Source of the DNA: Candidatus Saccharimonadota bacterium
GTDB lineage: Bacteria; Patescibacteriota; Saccharimonadia; Saccharimonadales; Saccharimonadaceae
NCBI GenBank assembly: GCA_016700015.1
Contig: CP064995.1
Span: forward strand, 210,001 to 242,000
Length of the DNA stretch: 32,000 nucleotides
Direction: 5' to 3'
The notes below the pieces were generated by a model. It was given only the letters and a program-made list of their open reading frames with translations. It was not told the DNA's origin and made no database searches. Below are positions 16,229-23,788 of the stretch, in pieces. The translations under genes and the position numbers were made by a program. Positions within the stretch are counted from its first letter, which is position 1, and each line of letters begins with the position of its first letter.

Positions 16229-16960
16229 ATGCGCCGGCACGAGCATTCTCAACATTTTTTGCGTAATCCCTATTTCGTCGCAAGGCTTATCGACAAGGTG
16301 GGAATAGACAGCAGTGATACTGTCTATGATATCGGAGCGGGTAGTGGTGTGATCACAACTGCACTTGCTCGAAAAGCAAAACAGGTAGTAGCGATTGAGC
16401 TTGAGCCACTAGCACTGAGAAAACTACGGGAAAATACCCAGTCATGTGCCAACGTTTCGATTGTCGAAGGTGACATACTTGCCATGCCATTGCCGAGCGG
16501 CCGCTACAAGGTATTTGCGAATATTCCTTTTCACATAAGTTCGCAGATCGTGCGTCGTTTGACTGAGAATGCTCAGCCGCCCATAGAATGTTTTTTGATA
16601 GTGCAAAAACAATTCGCGCAAAAGCTTGTGCTCGACAACAGTCATTTTACCGGTGCTTTGGCGATGATGATTGCGCCGTGGTTTACAGTTAGTGTAGTGC
16701 GGCCACTGCGCCGCAGCGACTTTTCGCCACCGCCCAATGTTGATACGGTGCTGATGAAGATCACTCGGCGACGGACAGCGCTTTTGCCAGTAGTGTATGC
16801 AGCAAATTATCGTCAATTTGTCGCTGACTGCTACCATGATCCGAAGCTTTTTGCTAAAACACCACGTGTACAACAAGCTATAGCAACCGACCGTAATCCA
16901 TCGCAACTATCGATCGAAGAGTGGGTCCGGCTTTACATGGGCACACGCCACTCAAACTGA
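16229..16960 (+). CDS. Erm-type 23S rRNA (adenine-N6)-methyltransferase-like protein
   Basis: SQHFLRNP, VYDIGAGSGVIT (SAM site), RYKVFANIPFHISSQIVRRL, FLIVQKQFAQKL, FSPPPNVDTVLMKITRR and C-terminal LSIEEWVRLY are colinear with my recollection of ErmC/ErmB. The 243-aa length fits Erm better than KsgA. Confidence 0.75.
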   Translation: MRRHEHSQHFLRNPYFVARLIDKVGIDSSDTVYDIGAGSGVITTALARKAKQVVAIELEPLALRKLRENTQSCANVSIVEGDILAMPLPSGRYKVFANIPFHISSQIVRRLTENAQPPIECFLIVQKQFAQKLVLDNSHFTGALAMMIAPWFTVSVVRPLRRSDFSPPPNVDTVLMKITRRRTALLPVVYAANYRQFVADCYHDPKLFAKTPRVQQAIATDRNPSQLSIEEWVRLYMGTRHSN

Positions 16961-16969
16961 AAATGAATA

Positions 16970-17560
16970 CTAGTGGATCCAAATTTCCGGTAGTGGCCGG
17001 CGGTGCATTGCTTCGAGTTTTGCCAGGTCTTTTGCAAGTTTTGCGCTCGCTTCGGCGGCTTGCTGGTGCATGCGGTCAAGCGCCTCTGCTTCTTCGGGCG
17101 TTTTGCGTAGAGCCGTAGCCAAGCAGTGGGCCGCGGTCAGCGGAGAAGTGAGATAGTAGAGCAGGGCCGCAGTTTCTTCTGGGTCAATCTCGCGTCCGTG
17201 TGTAAAGCTAAGTCCCATCATATCAGGTTCATGGAGCGACCGGGCAAGAGCTTGATCTTCTCGAAGCCCAAACATCCCGATCGTCCGCCACGCTGACGAT
17301 AAGGAGTCTGGAATGTCTATTTGTACGCCATGAGTTGGCAAAAAACCGAGATTTCCAATGCCCTTAATACCACTCGGACGCGTCGTATCGTAGCGAAAGA
17401 ACCGTACAGCATTTGCGCCGAATCGGTGGGTAACGCTCGCTTCTTCACCGCGACTATGAATTTTATACATGCCCCGCTCTCGATCGTCTACCTCCGGTTG
17501 CACTCCCGCATTGACCAAGGTAATGAATCGTTCTCGGTCTCTAAGACTATTTACTAACAT
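16970..17560 (-). CDS. Hypothetical protein (ORFan)
   Basis: ORF track 16970..17575. GGGAG lies 8 nt before the second ATG (17560). I recognise no motif. The C-terminal part is alanine-rich and helical. Confidence 0.6.
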   Translation of the reverse strand: MLVNSLRDRERFITLVNAGVQPEVDDRERGMYKIHSRGEEASVTHRFGANAVRFFRYDTTRPSGIKGIGNLGFLPTHGVQIDIPDSLSSAWRTIGMFGLREDQALARSLHEPDMMGLSFTHGREIDPEETAALLYYLTSPLTAAHCLATALRKTPEEAEALDRMHQQAAEASAKLAKDLAKLEAMHRRPLPEIWIH

Positions 17561-17708
17561 GTGACAAACTCCCATTTACTATGCGTATATAGCAAATTAG
17601 TTCACAATAAAAAACACATATCAAATATTGCAGAATTGCAAGCGAGTATATCTTAGCTGGTTCGCAGGGATGTTGGCAAAAGGCAAGGATGATTGTTAGG
17701 AATAGGGA

Positions 17709-17960
17709 TCAATGTGGTACGTATTCAGATCTTACGACAACCAAATGTTCACATAATTGTTTTTTGAGGAGAATACCCCCGTATGTTACGTCAACCCTTG
17801 ATTCTGGTATGAGATGGTAGTTTTTCCCAAATTGAATAACTTTGAAATTCTGGGGTCCACTCGATTTTCCAAACTTACCAAGCCTATGCTGGACAATGTC
17901 GCCGACGTGAATTCGACGCCCTGTTTTATCTACGAAATTAGTTCTGACACCTTCTTCCAT
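17709..17960 (-). CDS. Possible small hypothetical protein (83 aa)
   Basis: This is the internal ATG of ORF 17709..18185 (MEEGVRTNFVDKTGRRIHVGD...). The upstream part of the tracked ORF reads through a tRNA fragment and a hairpin, so it is unlikely to be coding. The SD is weak. Confidence 0.3.
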   Translation of the reverse strand: MEEGVRTNFVDKTGRRIHVGDIVQHRLGKFGKSSGPQNFKVIQFGKNYHLIPESRVDVTYGGILLKKQLCEHLVVVRSEYVPH

Positions 17961-18120
17961 ACTTCTATAGTAACAAATAAGAGCAACATTTTTATCGTGA
18001 CTTCGGTATCGTTTTGCTTGCGAATATGATCGTACGTTTGAATACTGCGATGCTTTGCATGAGCAAAAGCGGTGGCTCAGATCTCCCTGGCCACGTAAAA
18101 ACCGGCCACAAATACCGGAC

Positions 18121-18147
18121 TTTACTTTGGCTGGGGATGAGGGATAT
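18121..18147 (-). repeat. Duplicate of the tRNA-Gln 3' end (T-stem 3' strand, acceptor, CCA and ~8 nt beyond): att-like direct repeat
   Basis: On the minus strand, ATCCCTCATCCCCAGCCAAAGTAAA compares with ATCCCTCATCCCCAGCCAAGTAAA at the real tRNA (18311-18334). Both copies are followed by a hairpin and TTTTAC. Confidence 0.75.
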
Positions 18148-18270
18148 CGGCTATGGCCTCCTCCGCTTGCTTGAGAAATGAGCAAGCTAATTTCTCAGCA
18201 CTGCGCTCCGCCGAACCGCCCGATCCTTTTGCTCTGCAAAAGATGATCGAGGCTTCGGATACCCTATCTC

Positions 18271-18312
18271 GAGGAAAGTAAAATTCCGTAAACATAAATG
18301 CTTACGGAATTT
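18271..18312 (-). terminator. Terminator hairpin after tRNA-Gln
   Basis: AAATTCCGTAA (18281-18291) pairs with TTACGGAATTT (18302-18312). On the minus strand the stem is followed by TACTTTCC. Confidence 0.65.
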
Positions 18313-18316
18313 TACT

Positions 18317-18390
18317 TGGCTGGGGATGAGGGATTCGAACCCCCGATCACGGGACCAGAACCCGTTGCCTTACCACTTGGCCAATCCCCA
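18317..18390 (-). tRNA. tRNA-Gln (anticodon CUG), CCA encoded
   Basis: Manual cloverleaf: TGGGGAT TG GCC AAGTGGTAA GGC A ACGGG TTCTGGT CCCGT GATC GGGGG TTCGAAT CCCTC ATCCCCA G CCA (74 nt). U1-A72 and G73 match E. coli tRNA-Gln. Confidence 0.9.
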
Positions 18391-18432
18391 TCAGGATTAC
18401 CGTATATATTATACACTCAACCGAGGTGCGGC

Positions 18433-18978
18433 TCAAGCCCCAAGCAGGACGTGGATAATCCATCCAGCACTATAGCCGACAAAGATTATGCCAAGGCCGA
18501 GGAGCGCAATTTCGAGTGCGTCGCGCCACCTGGGCATATCGAGCAAATATGCGCGGTAGTAGCCAGCGATGATGAGGATCAAGACCGTGATAGTACAACT
18601 ATAGAGAACGGCATGTGGGATGTTACCCATGAGAAAAATCGGGATGAGTGACACAACACTTATGACCATATACGACAAAAACTGCCAAAATGCCGGAACG
18701 AAGTAGCGCCTATAGGCGTGGCGCTTCTCGTGGCCGTCAAGTTCGTCGATATAGTGTTCACTGCTGTATTTCACCGATGCCGAGTTGTAACCATTAACAA
18801 TGATGCTGACGATTGCGGTGGTGAGCAGGACATTGCGGTCCAGGCTTACGAATGACAAACCAGCAATAACACCAGCACCTATCGCAAACCCGCCTTCGAT
18901 ACCTTCAAATATCGACAAAAATCGCTCGGCACCGAATGGAATCCTATGTTTACGATTGGAGTGAAAAATACTGCGCAT
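18433..18978 (-). CDS. VIT1/CCC1-family-like membrane protein (putative Fe/Mn transporter)
   Basis: 181 aa. FEGIEGGFAIGAGVIAGL...SASVKYSSEHYIDE followed by three C-terminal TM segments resembles the VIT-family layout. The assignment is from memory. Confidence 0.55.
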   Translation of the reverse strand: MRSIFHSNRKHRIPFGAERFLSIFEGIEGGFAIGAGVIAGLSFVSLDRNVLLTTAIVSIIVNGYNSASVKYSSEHYIDELDGHEKRHAYRRYFVPAFWQFLSYMVISVVSLIPIFLMGNIPHAVLYSCTITVLILIIAGYYRAYLLDMPRWRDALEIALLGLGIIFVGYSAGWIIHVLLGA

Positions 18979-18984
18979 GACAAT

Positions 18985-18993
18985 AGTATACCA
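18985..18993 (-). promoter_or_regulatory. Extended -10 (TGgTATACT) 6 nt upstream of the VIT-like gene ATG
   Basis: On the minus strand: TGGTATACT, then ATTGTC, then ATG (18978). There is no SD. Confidence 0.5.
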
Positions 18994-19008
18994 CTCATAA
19001 GTATGGTA

Positions 19009-19037
19009 TTGACATGCACGCTTTACTTTGATAAAGT
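19009..19037 (+). promoter_or_regulatory. Promoter placing the TSS at the ATG of the TrpR-like gene
   Basis: TTGACA (19009-19014), 17-nt spacer, TAAAGT (19032-19037), then 6 nt, then ATG 19044. Confidence 0.55.
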
Positions 19038-19043
19038 GAAAGT

Positions 19044-19367
19044 ATGAAAGATGTTAATGACATTTGGAGTGAACCATTTTCCGCTGAGTTTGCAGAGAAA
19101 TTGGTTGCTATCAACGAGAGTTCGCTAATGCGAGCATTTTTGCGTGATGTCATGACCGAGTCTGAGCTGAGAGAAATTGGCGCGCGACTGCGTGCGGCGC
19201 AAATGTTGAGCGAAGGCCAAACATACAAAGCTATTGTCTGTGAAACGAAGCTCTCAAGTCGCACAGTGGCACGTATTAGTGATTGGATGCAACGAGGGGC
19301 TGGCGGCTATACCGCTGTGCTAAGCGACATACACCATATACATAGCTCGCCAGCACGTGCTGAGTAG
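19044..19367 (+). CDS. TrpR-related YerC/YecD-family DNA-binding protein
   Basis: FLRDVMTESELREIGARLRAAQMLSEGQTYKAIVCETKLSSRTVARISDWMQRGAGGY matches the YerC/YecD pattern (F..DV.T..EL....R...A.ML...Y..I...T..S..T..R......G..GY). Confidence 0.8.
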   Translation: MKDVNDIWSEPFSAEFAEKLVAINESSLMRAFLRDVMTESELREIGARLRAAQMLSEGQTYKAIVCETKLSSRTVARISDWMQRGAGGYTAVLSDIHHIHSSPARAE

Positions 19368-19387
19368 ATTTGGTTTAATACCTCTTA

Positions 19388-19413
19388 TACGCCAGCACGT
19401 CGCTGGCGTATTT
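19388..19413 (+). terminator. Terminator-like hairpin after the TrpR-like gene
   Basis: TACGCCAGC ACGTC GCTGGCGTA followed by TTTGGG (short T-tract). Confidence 0.5.
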
Positions 19414-19447
19414 GGGATATATCAAATGTAATCAATGGAGAAATAGT

Positions 19448-20167
19448 ATGAAAACAGGAAAAATTATAGCGCCTAAAGAAGCAAGAATACGATACGACGA
19501 GATCATACCGACATACCAAGCTGCTTTTGCTGGCGAGCCATGGTATGAGGTCAGTAAGTGTACCGGCTGCATAACTGGGTTTTCGGCACAAGAACCCGGT
19601 ACAAATTGCGATAGCTGCGGTGGTATGACAGAGGGGCCTGCATATAGCGACCAAGAACTGAGGGAACGGTTTGATATGCTCGCAGAGACGAGGCCGACGT
19701 ATTGGTATGTAGAACAAGACGAGCAGGGACGAATGACACTCGCTGCACTTGCGTGGAAAGCAACCGTGGGTATGATCGCAAAAGAGAAGTATACGGATAT
19801 TCCCGAAATGGCTGATTGGCTAAAAAAGAAGTATCAATTGAGCAAGGGTATTAGAAGCTCTACAACTAAATTGTCAGATAAGCCATCTATTGTGTGGATC
19901 GATGAAGTGTTTGCAAATCGTAGTATATCCCCGAGCAGAAATCTCGACAACTTTCGTGAAATGGTAGGGGGATTAGCAAGTCGGCTGGATGAGTATGATA
20001 ATGTTGCATACCGAACCATCGCACCAGCTATGGTGAGGGTCGCACTCCGGGACTTCGATAGTGCGCGTGTCAGCGTGATGTGTGAAGATGTGCCTGATCG
20101 ACGAAACTTTGTGGCGATATCCCTCGCCTATAGCGGGCCACGGACTACAGCGGATAAGGAGAAATAG
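19448..20167 (+). CDS. Hypothetical protein with a CxxC...CxxC cluster; possibly a degenerate GNAT-like fold
   Basis: GGAG lies 7 nt before ATG 19448 (ORF track 19412). AFAGEPWYE recalls GNAT N-termini. CTGCITGFSAQEPGTNCDSCGG is a zinc-ribbon-like insert. I see no canonical acetyl-CoA motif. Confidence 0.6.
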   Translation: MKTGKIIAPKEARIRYDEIIPTYQAAFAGEPWYEVSKCTGCITGFSAQEPGTNCDSCGGMTEGPAYSDQELRERFDMLAETRPTYWYVEQDEQGRMTLAALAWKATVGMIAKEKYTDIPEMADWLKKKYQLSKGIRSSTTKLSDKPSIVWIDEVFANRSISPSRNLDNFREMVGGLASRLDEYDNVAYRTIAPAMVRVALRDFDSARVSVMCEDVPDRRNFVAISLAYSGPRTTADKEK

Positions 20168-20171
20168 GGTT

Positions 20172-20877
20172 ATGAAAATACTTGTGCTAGGGGGATGCAT
20201 GGTAATGAGACGCTAGGAATTGAGCTAGTAAAACTTATCCGGGATCGACCGGTAAAAAATGTCGACTATGCACTTCTTAATGAGAGGGCAGTTGCGGCTG
20301 ATACTCGCTATATCGAGCGTGATTTGAATCGTTCATTTCCGGGAGATAAGAAAAGTGATGATTATGAAACGCGCCGTGCCGCTGAAGTTCTTGCCATGTG
20401 TAATGGGTACGATGTGGTTCTTGATTTTCACAATACGATGTGTCCGGACAACGACTGCTCATTTGTCGGTGATACATGTAATAAATTGCTGTATAATGTG
20501 GCGTCAGAGCTGGGGTACCGCGCGTGATTGTGGCTGACTACGACTGTCTCAATAAATACACCCCAAACTGTATTTCAATCGAAATTAGCTTCTCGAGCAC
20601 TGATTGTGATGCGAGGGTATGGTATGACAAGATAGCTCAGCTTGCACAGCTGCGAAAGGTACCGCCCGCAAACGATATTACGACCTATCGTTTCGTATAT
20701 CGCATGACGCTCGAGGACAAGCAGCGGCTCAACTTAGCGGCGCAGAAGATGCGCGCATTTGTGCCAATTCCGGTTGAGCTTGCAAATGCAATGAGCGTTC
20801 GGAGTCCAGCGTACCCTATTTTTATTGGCGATGGTTTGACGCCGTATAACTATGGCGGTCTTCTGAATAAGTTATAA
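20172..20877 (+). pseudogene. Succinylglutamate desuccinylase/aspartoacylase (AstE/AspA, M14-like) family gene broken by two -1 frameshifts
   Basis: MKILVLGG (frame of ATG 20172) runs into MHGNETLG...DLNRSFPG...VLDFHNT (ORF 20195..20527), then VIVADYD... (ORF 20524..20877). Adding one G to the G5 run at 20190-20194 restores MKILVLGGMHGNE. Confidence 0.7.
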
Positions 20878-20886
20878 TGAAAGGCA

Positions 20887-22203
20887 ATGAAAATGAATAC
20901 TACAACACCCCGAATCCCGAGTGGATTCAATGAGTATCTGCCGGCGGAGCAGATAGAGTTCAATCGCTTACTTGATATCATCGGCTCCACCTATGAGAAG
21001 TATGGTTTTGCTCCGCTCGACACACCCGTGCTAGAGCTGAGTGAAGTACTGCTTGCAAAAGGTGGGGGCGAGACCGAGCAGCAAGTATATCGATTTGAGC
21101 GTGGCCGCAATGACTTGACGATGCGTTATGATCTCACTGTGCCGCTGGCTCGCTATGTAGCGCAGAATCAGGGCGTATTAGCATTTCCATTTCGGCGCTA
21201 TCAGATAGGCAAAGTCTATCGTGCTGAGCGTGCGCAGGCAGGTCGCTTTAGGGAATTCTATCAGTGTGATATCGACACCATAGGCAGTGACAGTCCAGTT
21301 GTCGATGCCGAATTTCCAGCGATTATCAACGAGATTTTTGAGCGGTTTGGATTTGGTGATTTTACTATACGAATAAATAACCGAATGGTGCTCAATGGGT
21401 TTTTTGAAGGCATCGGACTAGCTGATGTTTCAAAAGAAGTCCTCCGGATTATCGACAAGATGGAGAAAATATCTGCCCAAGAGTTGCGCGATGAACTTAT
21501 AAGTCTAGGTTTGAACGCTCAGCAAATCGACCAACTCCTCGCTTTTACCTCTCTTACGGGGACAAACGATGAGATCTTAGCGAGTCTTGGGGCTTTTCGT
21601 GTTCAGAATGACACCTACTCCGTAGGAGTTGCAAAGCTCCGTATGCTCATAGACACATTACGATTGATGAATGTACCTGAGAGGCGATTTGTGATTGACC
21701 TGCGGATTGCGCGCGGGCTGGATTATTATACGGGGACTGTCTATGAGACACTACTCAATAAGTACCCGGGTGTTGGTAGTGTCTGTAGTGGCGGTCGATA
21801 TGACAATCTCGCAAGCAATTATATGAAGACGACTTTGCCGGGAGTAGGTATCTCGATTGGTCTCACGCGATTGTTTTACAAGCTGATGGAAGTCGGTGTC
21901 ATCCAACCTACAAAACAGTCGCTAGCAGATGTTGTCGTTATGCCAATGACCCTCAACCAGCTACCTGATGCACTTGCTACCTCTGCCGCGCTCCGTGAAG
22001 CGGGCTTAGCAGTCATCGATTATACTGAGCCGAATGATCTTAGGAAGAAGTATAAATATGTCGACAAAATGGGATGTCGCTATGCGGTGCTGATTGGTGA
22101 AGATGAAATTGCAAAGGGTATTATTTCACTGAAGGATATGCAGAGCGGCGAGTCGAGCCCGCTGACACTTCCACAACTACTCAAGGTGTTGACTGCTGTT
22201 TAG
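20887..22203 (+). CDS. hisS: Histidyl-tRNA synthetase
   Basis: MRYDLTVPLARYV, FRRYQIGKVYRAERAQAGRFREFYQCD (motif 2), GGRYDNL and GISIGLTRL; 438 aa. Confidence 0.93.
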   Translation: MKMNTTTPRIPSGFNEYLPAEQIEFNRLLDIIGSTYEKYGFAPLDTPVLELSEVLLAKGGGETEQQVYRFERGRNDLTMRYDLTVPLARYVAQNQGVLAFPFRRYQIGKVYRAERAQAGRFREFYQCDIDTIGSDSPVVDAEFPAIINEIFERFGFGDFTIRINNRMVLNGFFEGIGLADVSKEVLRIIDKMEKISAQELRDELISLGLNAQQIDQLLAFTSLTGTNDEILASLGAFRVQNDTYSVGVAKLRMLIDTLRLMNVPERRFVIDLRIARGLDYYTGTVYETLLNKYPGVGSVCSGGRYDNLASNYMKTTLPGVGISIGLTRLFYKLMEVGVIQPTKQSLADVVVMPMTLNQLPDALATSAALREAGLAVIDYTEPNDLRKKYKYVDKMGCRYAVLIGEDEIAKGIISLKDMQSGESSPLTLPQLLKVLTAV

Positions 22204-22302
22204 TAATGTTGCAAAAACTACTTTCTTTTCACGCCTTTTCACGATGTATAGTGAAAAGCACAAGCAACATAACACTTGCTGTAAAAGAGAAAGGGGAAGA
22301 AC

Positions 22303-22674
22303 ATGAAGCTATCGACAAAAACTGTCGCCAGGCTTCTGGTGGTCACTGCAGTCGCAGCGGCCGTACCAGGCATTAGCCAAGTGACCATTCCTAAAAAACA
22401 ACGTGAATCTAGGTTTGATAAATTATTAGCTACTCACGATCGCAGAGGTGAATTAAGGGCTCACATACTTGGGATGTCGGCTCATGAATTTAAGCAGCTT
22501 CGTCGTAAACTGTCTTTTGAGGCAATTATTAGGCGTGCTGGTATGCATTCTAAGCGAGATTTTCGACTGGCGCTGCTGGGCTATCTTCGCAATGAGCTCC
22601 TCCAAAGGGGATGGAGCAGGACTAGGATTGACACATATGTCCTCACTCGCGCACCTCGAATGATATCAGCCTAG
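22303..22674 (+). CDS. Hypothetical secreted, Arg-rich helical protein
   Basis: Signal-peptide-like MKLSTKTVARLLVVTAVAAAVPGISQV. AAGGGGAAG lies upstream of the ATG. Confidence 0.6.
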   Translation: MKLSTKTVARLLVVTAVAAAVPGISQVTIPKKQRESRFDKLLATHDRRGELRAHILGMSAHEFKQLRRKLSFEAIIRRAGMHSKRDFRLALLGYLRNELLQRGWSRTRIDTYVLTRAPRMISA

Positions 22675-22727
22675 CTCTTTTCTAAATTTTATAGGCATTG
22701 CTTTATATAATAGAGTATACTGTCGGT

Positions 22728-23213
22728 ATGGAGCTTATTGTTAAACTATTGGCTGACGGCTTAATGGTACCGATTGTTCTACTTGCCGGGTATGCGTTGC
22801 TTCGGCGCATACGAAGAGGTTCGATTTATGATATATATACCCATATTTTTATGGCCGGCATTACGTCGTATATTGTAGCAAAATTCGTCGGCGCTCTGTG
22901 GCAGCCGGAGCTAAGGCGTCCATTTGAAGAGCTTGGTAGCAAAGCGGGTGCGGCCTATCTCAATAACCCTGGCTTTCCATCGGATCATACACTATTCGCC
23001 GGGTTTTTGACTCTGGCAGTTTGGTATGCCACTAAAAACCGTAAACTTACTATCGCTATGGCCGTCCTAAGCCTGCTGGTTGCAATTGGCCGCGTATTGG
23101 CGCTGGTACATACGCCACTCGATGTCACGGGTGGTTTTGTGTTTGCTGGTGTGGGGGCGCTATGGTATGTTGGGCATGCCACTCATGCTAAAGCCAGCAA
23201 AAACAAAGACTAG
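22728..23213 (+). CDS. PAP2-family phosphatase (undecaprenyl-diphosphatase-like)
   Basis: PAP2 motifs: ELRRP, PSDHT and GRVLALVHTPLDV, in a multi-TM protein. TATAAT at 22706-22711 lies upstream of ATG 22728. The ORF-track TTG 22698 is less likely. Confidence 0.75.
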   Translation: MELIVKLLADGLMVPIVLLAGYALLRRIRRGSIYDIYTHIFMAGITSYIVAKFVGALWQPELRRPFEELGSKAGAAYLNNPGFPSDHTLFAGFLTLAVWYATKNRKLTIAMAVLSLLVAIGRVLALVHTPLDVTGGFVFAGVGALWYVGHATHAKASKNKD

Positions 23214-23263
23214 CAAGAAACGCAACTTGATAGTACAATAACTTACAGAAATAACGAGGAAAC

Positions 23264-23770
23264 TTGCGAGTGAATAAACATGTTGATGCACAAGAGTCGA
23301 GGTCTTTGGGTCTCCCGGCTGTTGTTGATATGAAAGTTGCTGGGCTTATGCGCGTGTTTTTGTGCGGTGTACTTGTTGGTATTCTTGTCGCGGTCAGTGC
23401 GGTAGTGATGGATCGGTATGTGTTTAGTGCAGTGCTTTGTCGACCGCAGGCTGCAAGTGATTGTAGTCAAGCCCCTCTCTATGCCATGATTGTAGCAATG
23501 GTCATCGGGTCGATTGCGGGTGTCGCCGGCCTGGTGCGGATGCGAATTTATCGTCCACTGCTCGTCGTTTTGGCTGGAACACTTTCGCTTTGGGGCATCG
23601 TCTCACTTGTCATGGATATGCATTGGGTTTTGGTTGTGCTGGTGATGGGATTATTATTCGGACTTGTCTATGCATTGTATGCGTGGGTGTCTCGGCTGCG
23701 GTCATTTGTATTGGCGGCGGTTGTTGCGGTTGTGGCAATAGTCGTGATTAGACTCGCGCTCGTAGCGTAA
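23264..23770 (+). CDS. Hypothetical integral membrane protein (about 4 TM)
   Basis: 168-aa hydrophobic ORF. GAGGAA lies upstream of GTG 23264. ATG 23333 is an alternative start. Confidence 0.6.
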   Translation: MRVNKHVDAQESRSLGLPAVVDMKVAGLMRVFLCGVLVGILVAVSAVVMDRYVFSAVLCRPQAASDCSQAPLYAMIVAMVIGSIAGVAGLVRMRIYRPLLVVLAGTLSLWGIVSLVMDMHWVLVVLVMGLLFGLVYALYAWVSRLRSFVLAAVVAVVAIVVIRLALVA

Positions 23771-23788
23771 GCACGATATACTAGGAAT

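Noticed and set aside
17961-18185. N-terminal 75 aa of ORF 17709..18185.
   Set aside because: This part is translated from the duplicated tRNA-Gln 3' fragment and its hairpin (…SSPAKVKSG…), so it is very unlikely to be coding.
18298-18651. 117-aa plus-strand ORF.
   Set aside because: It overlaps the tRNA-Gln gene and is antisense to the VIT-like gene, with no start context.
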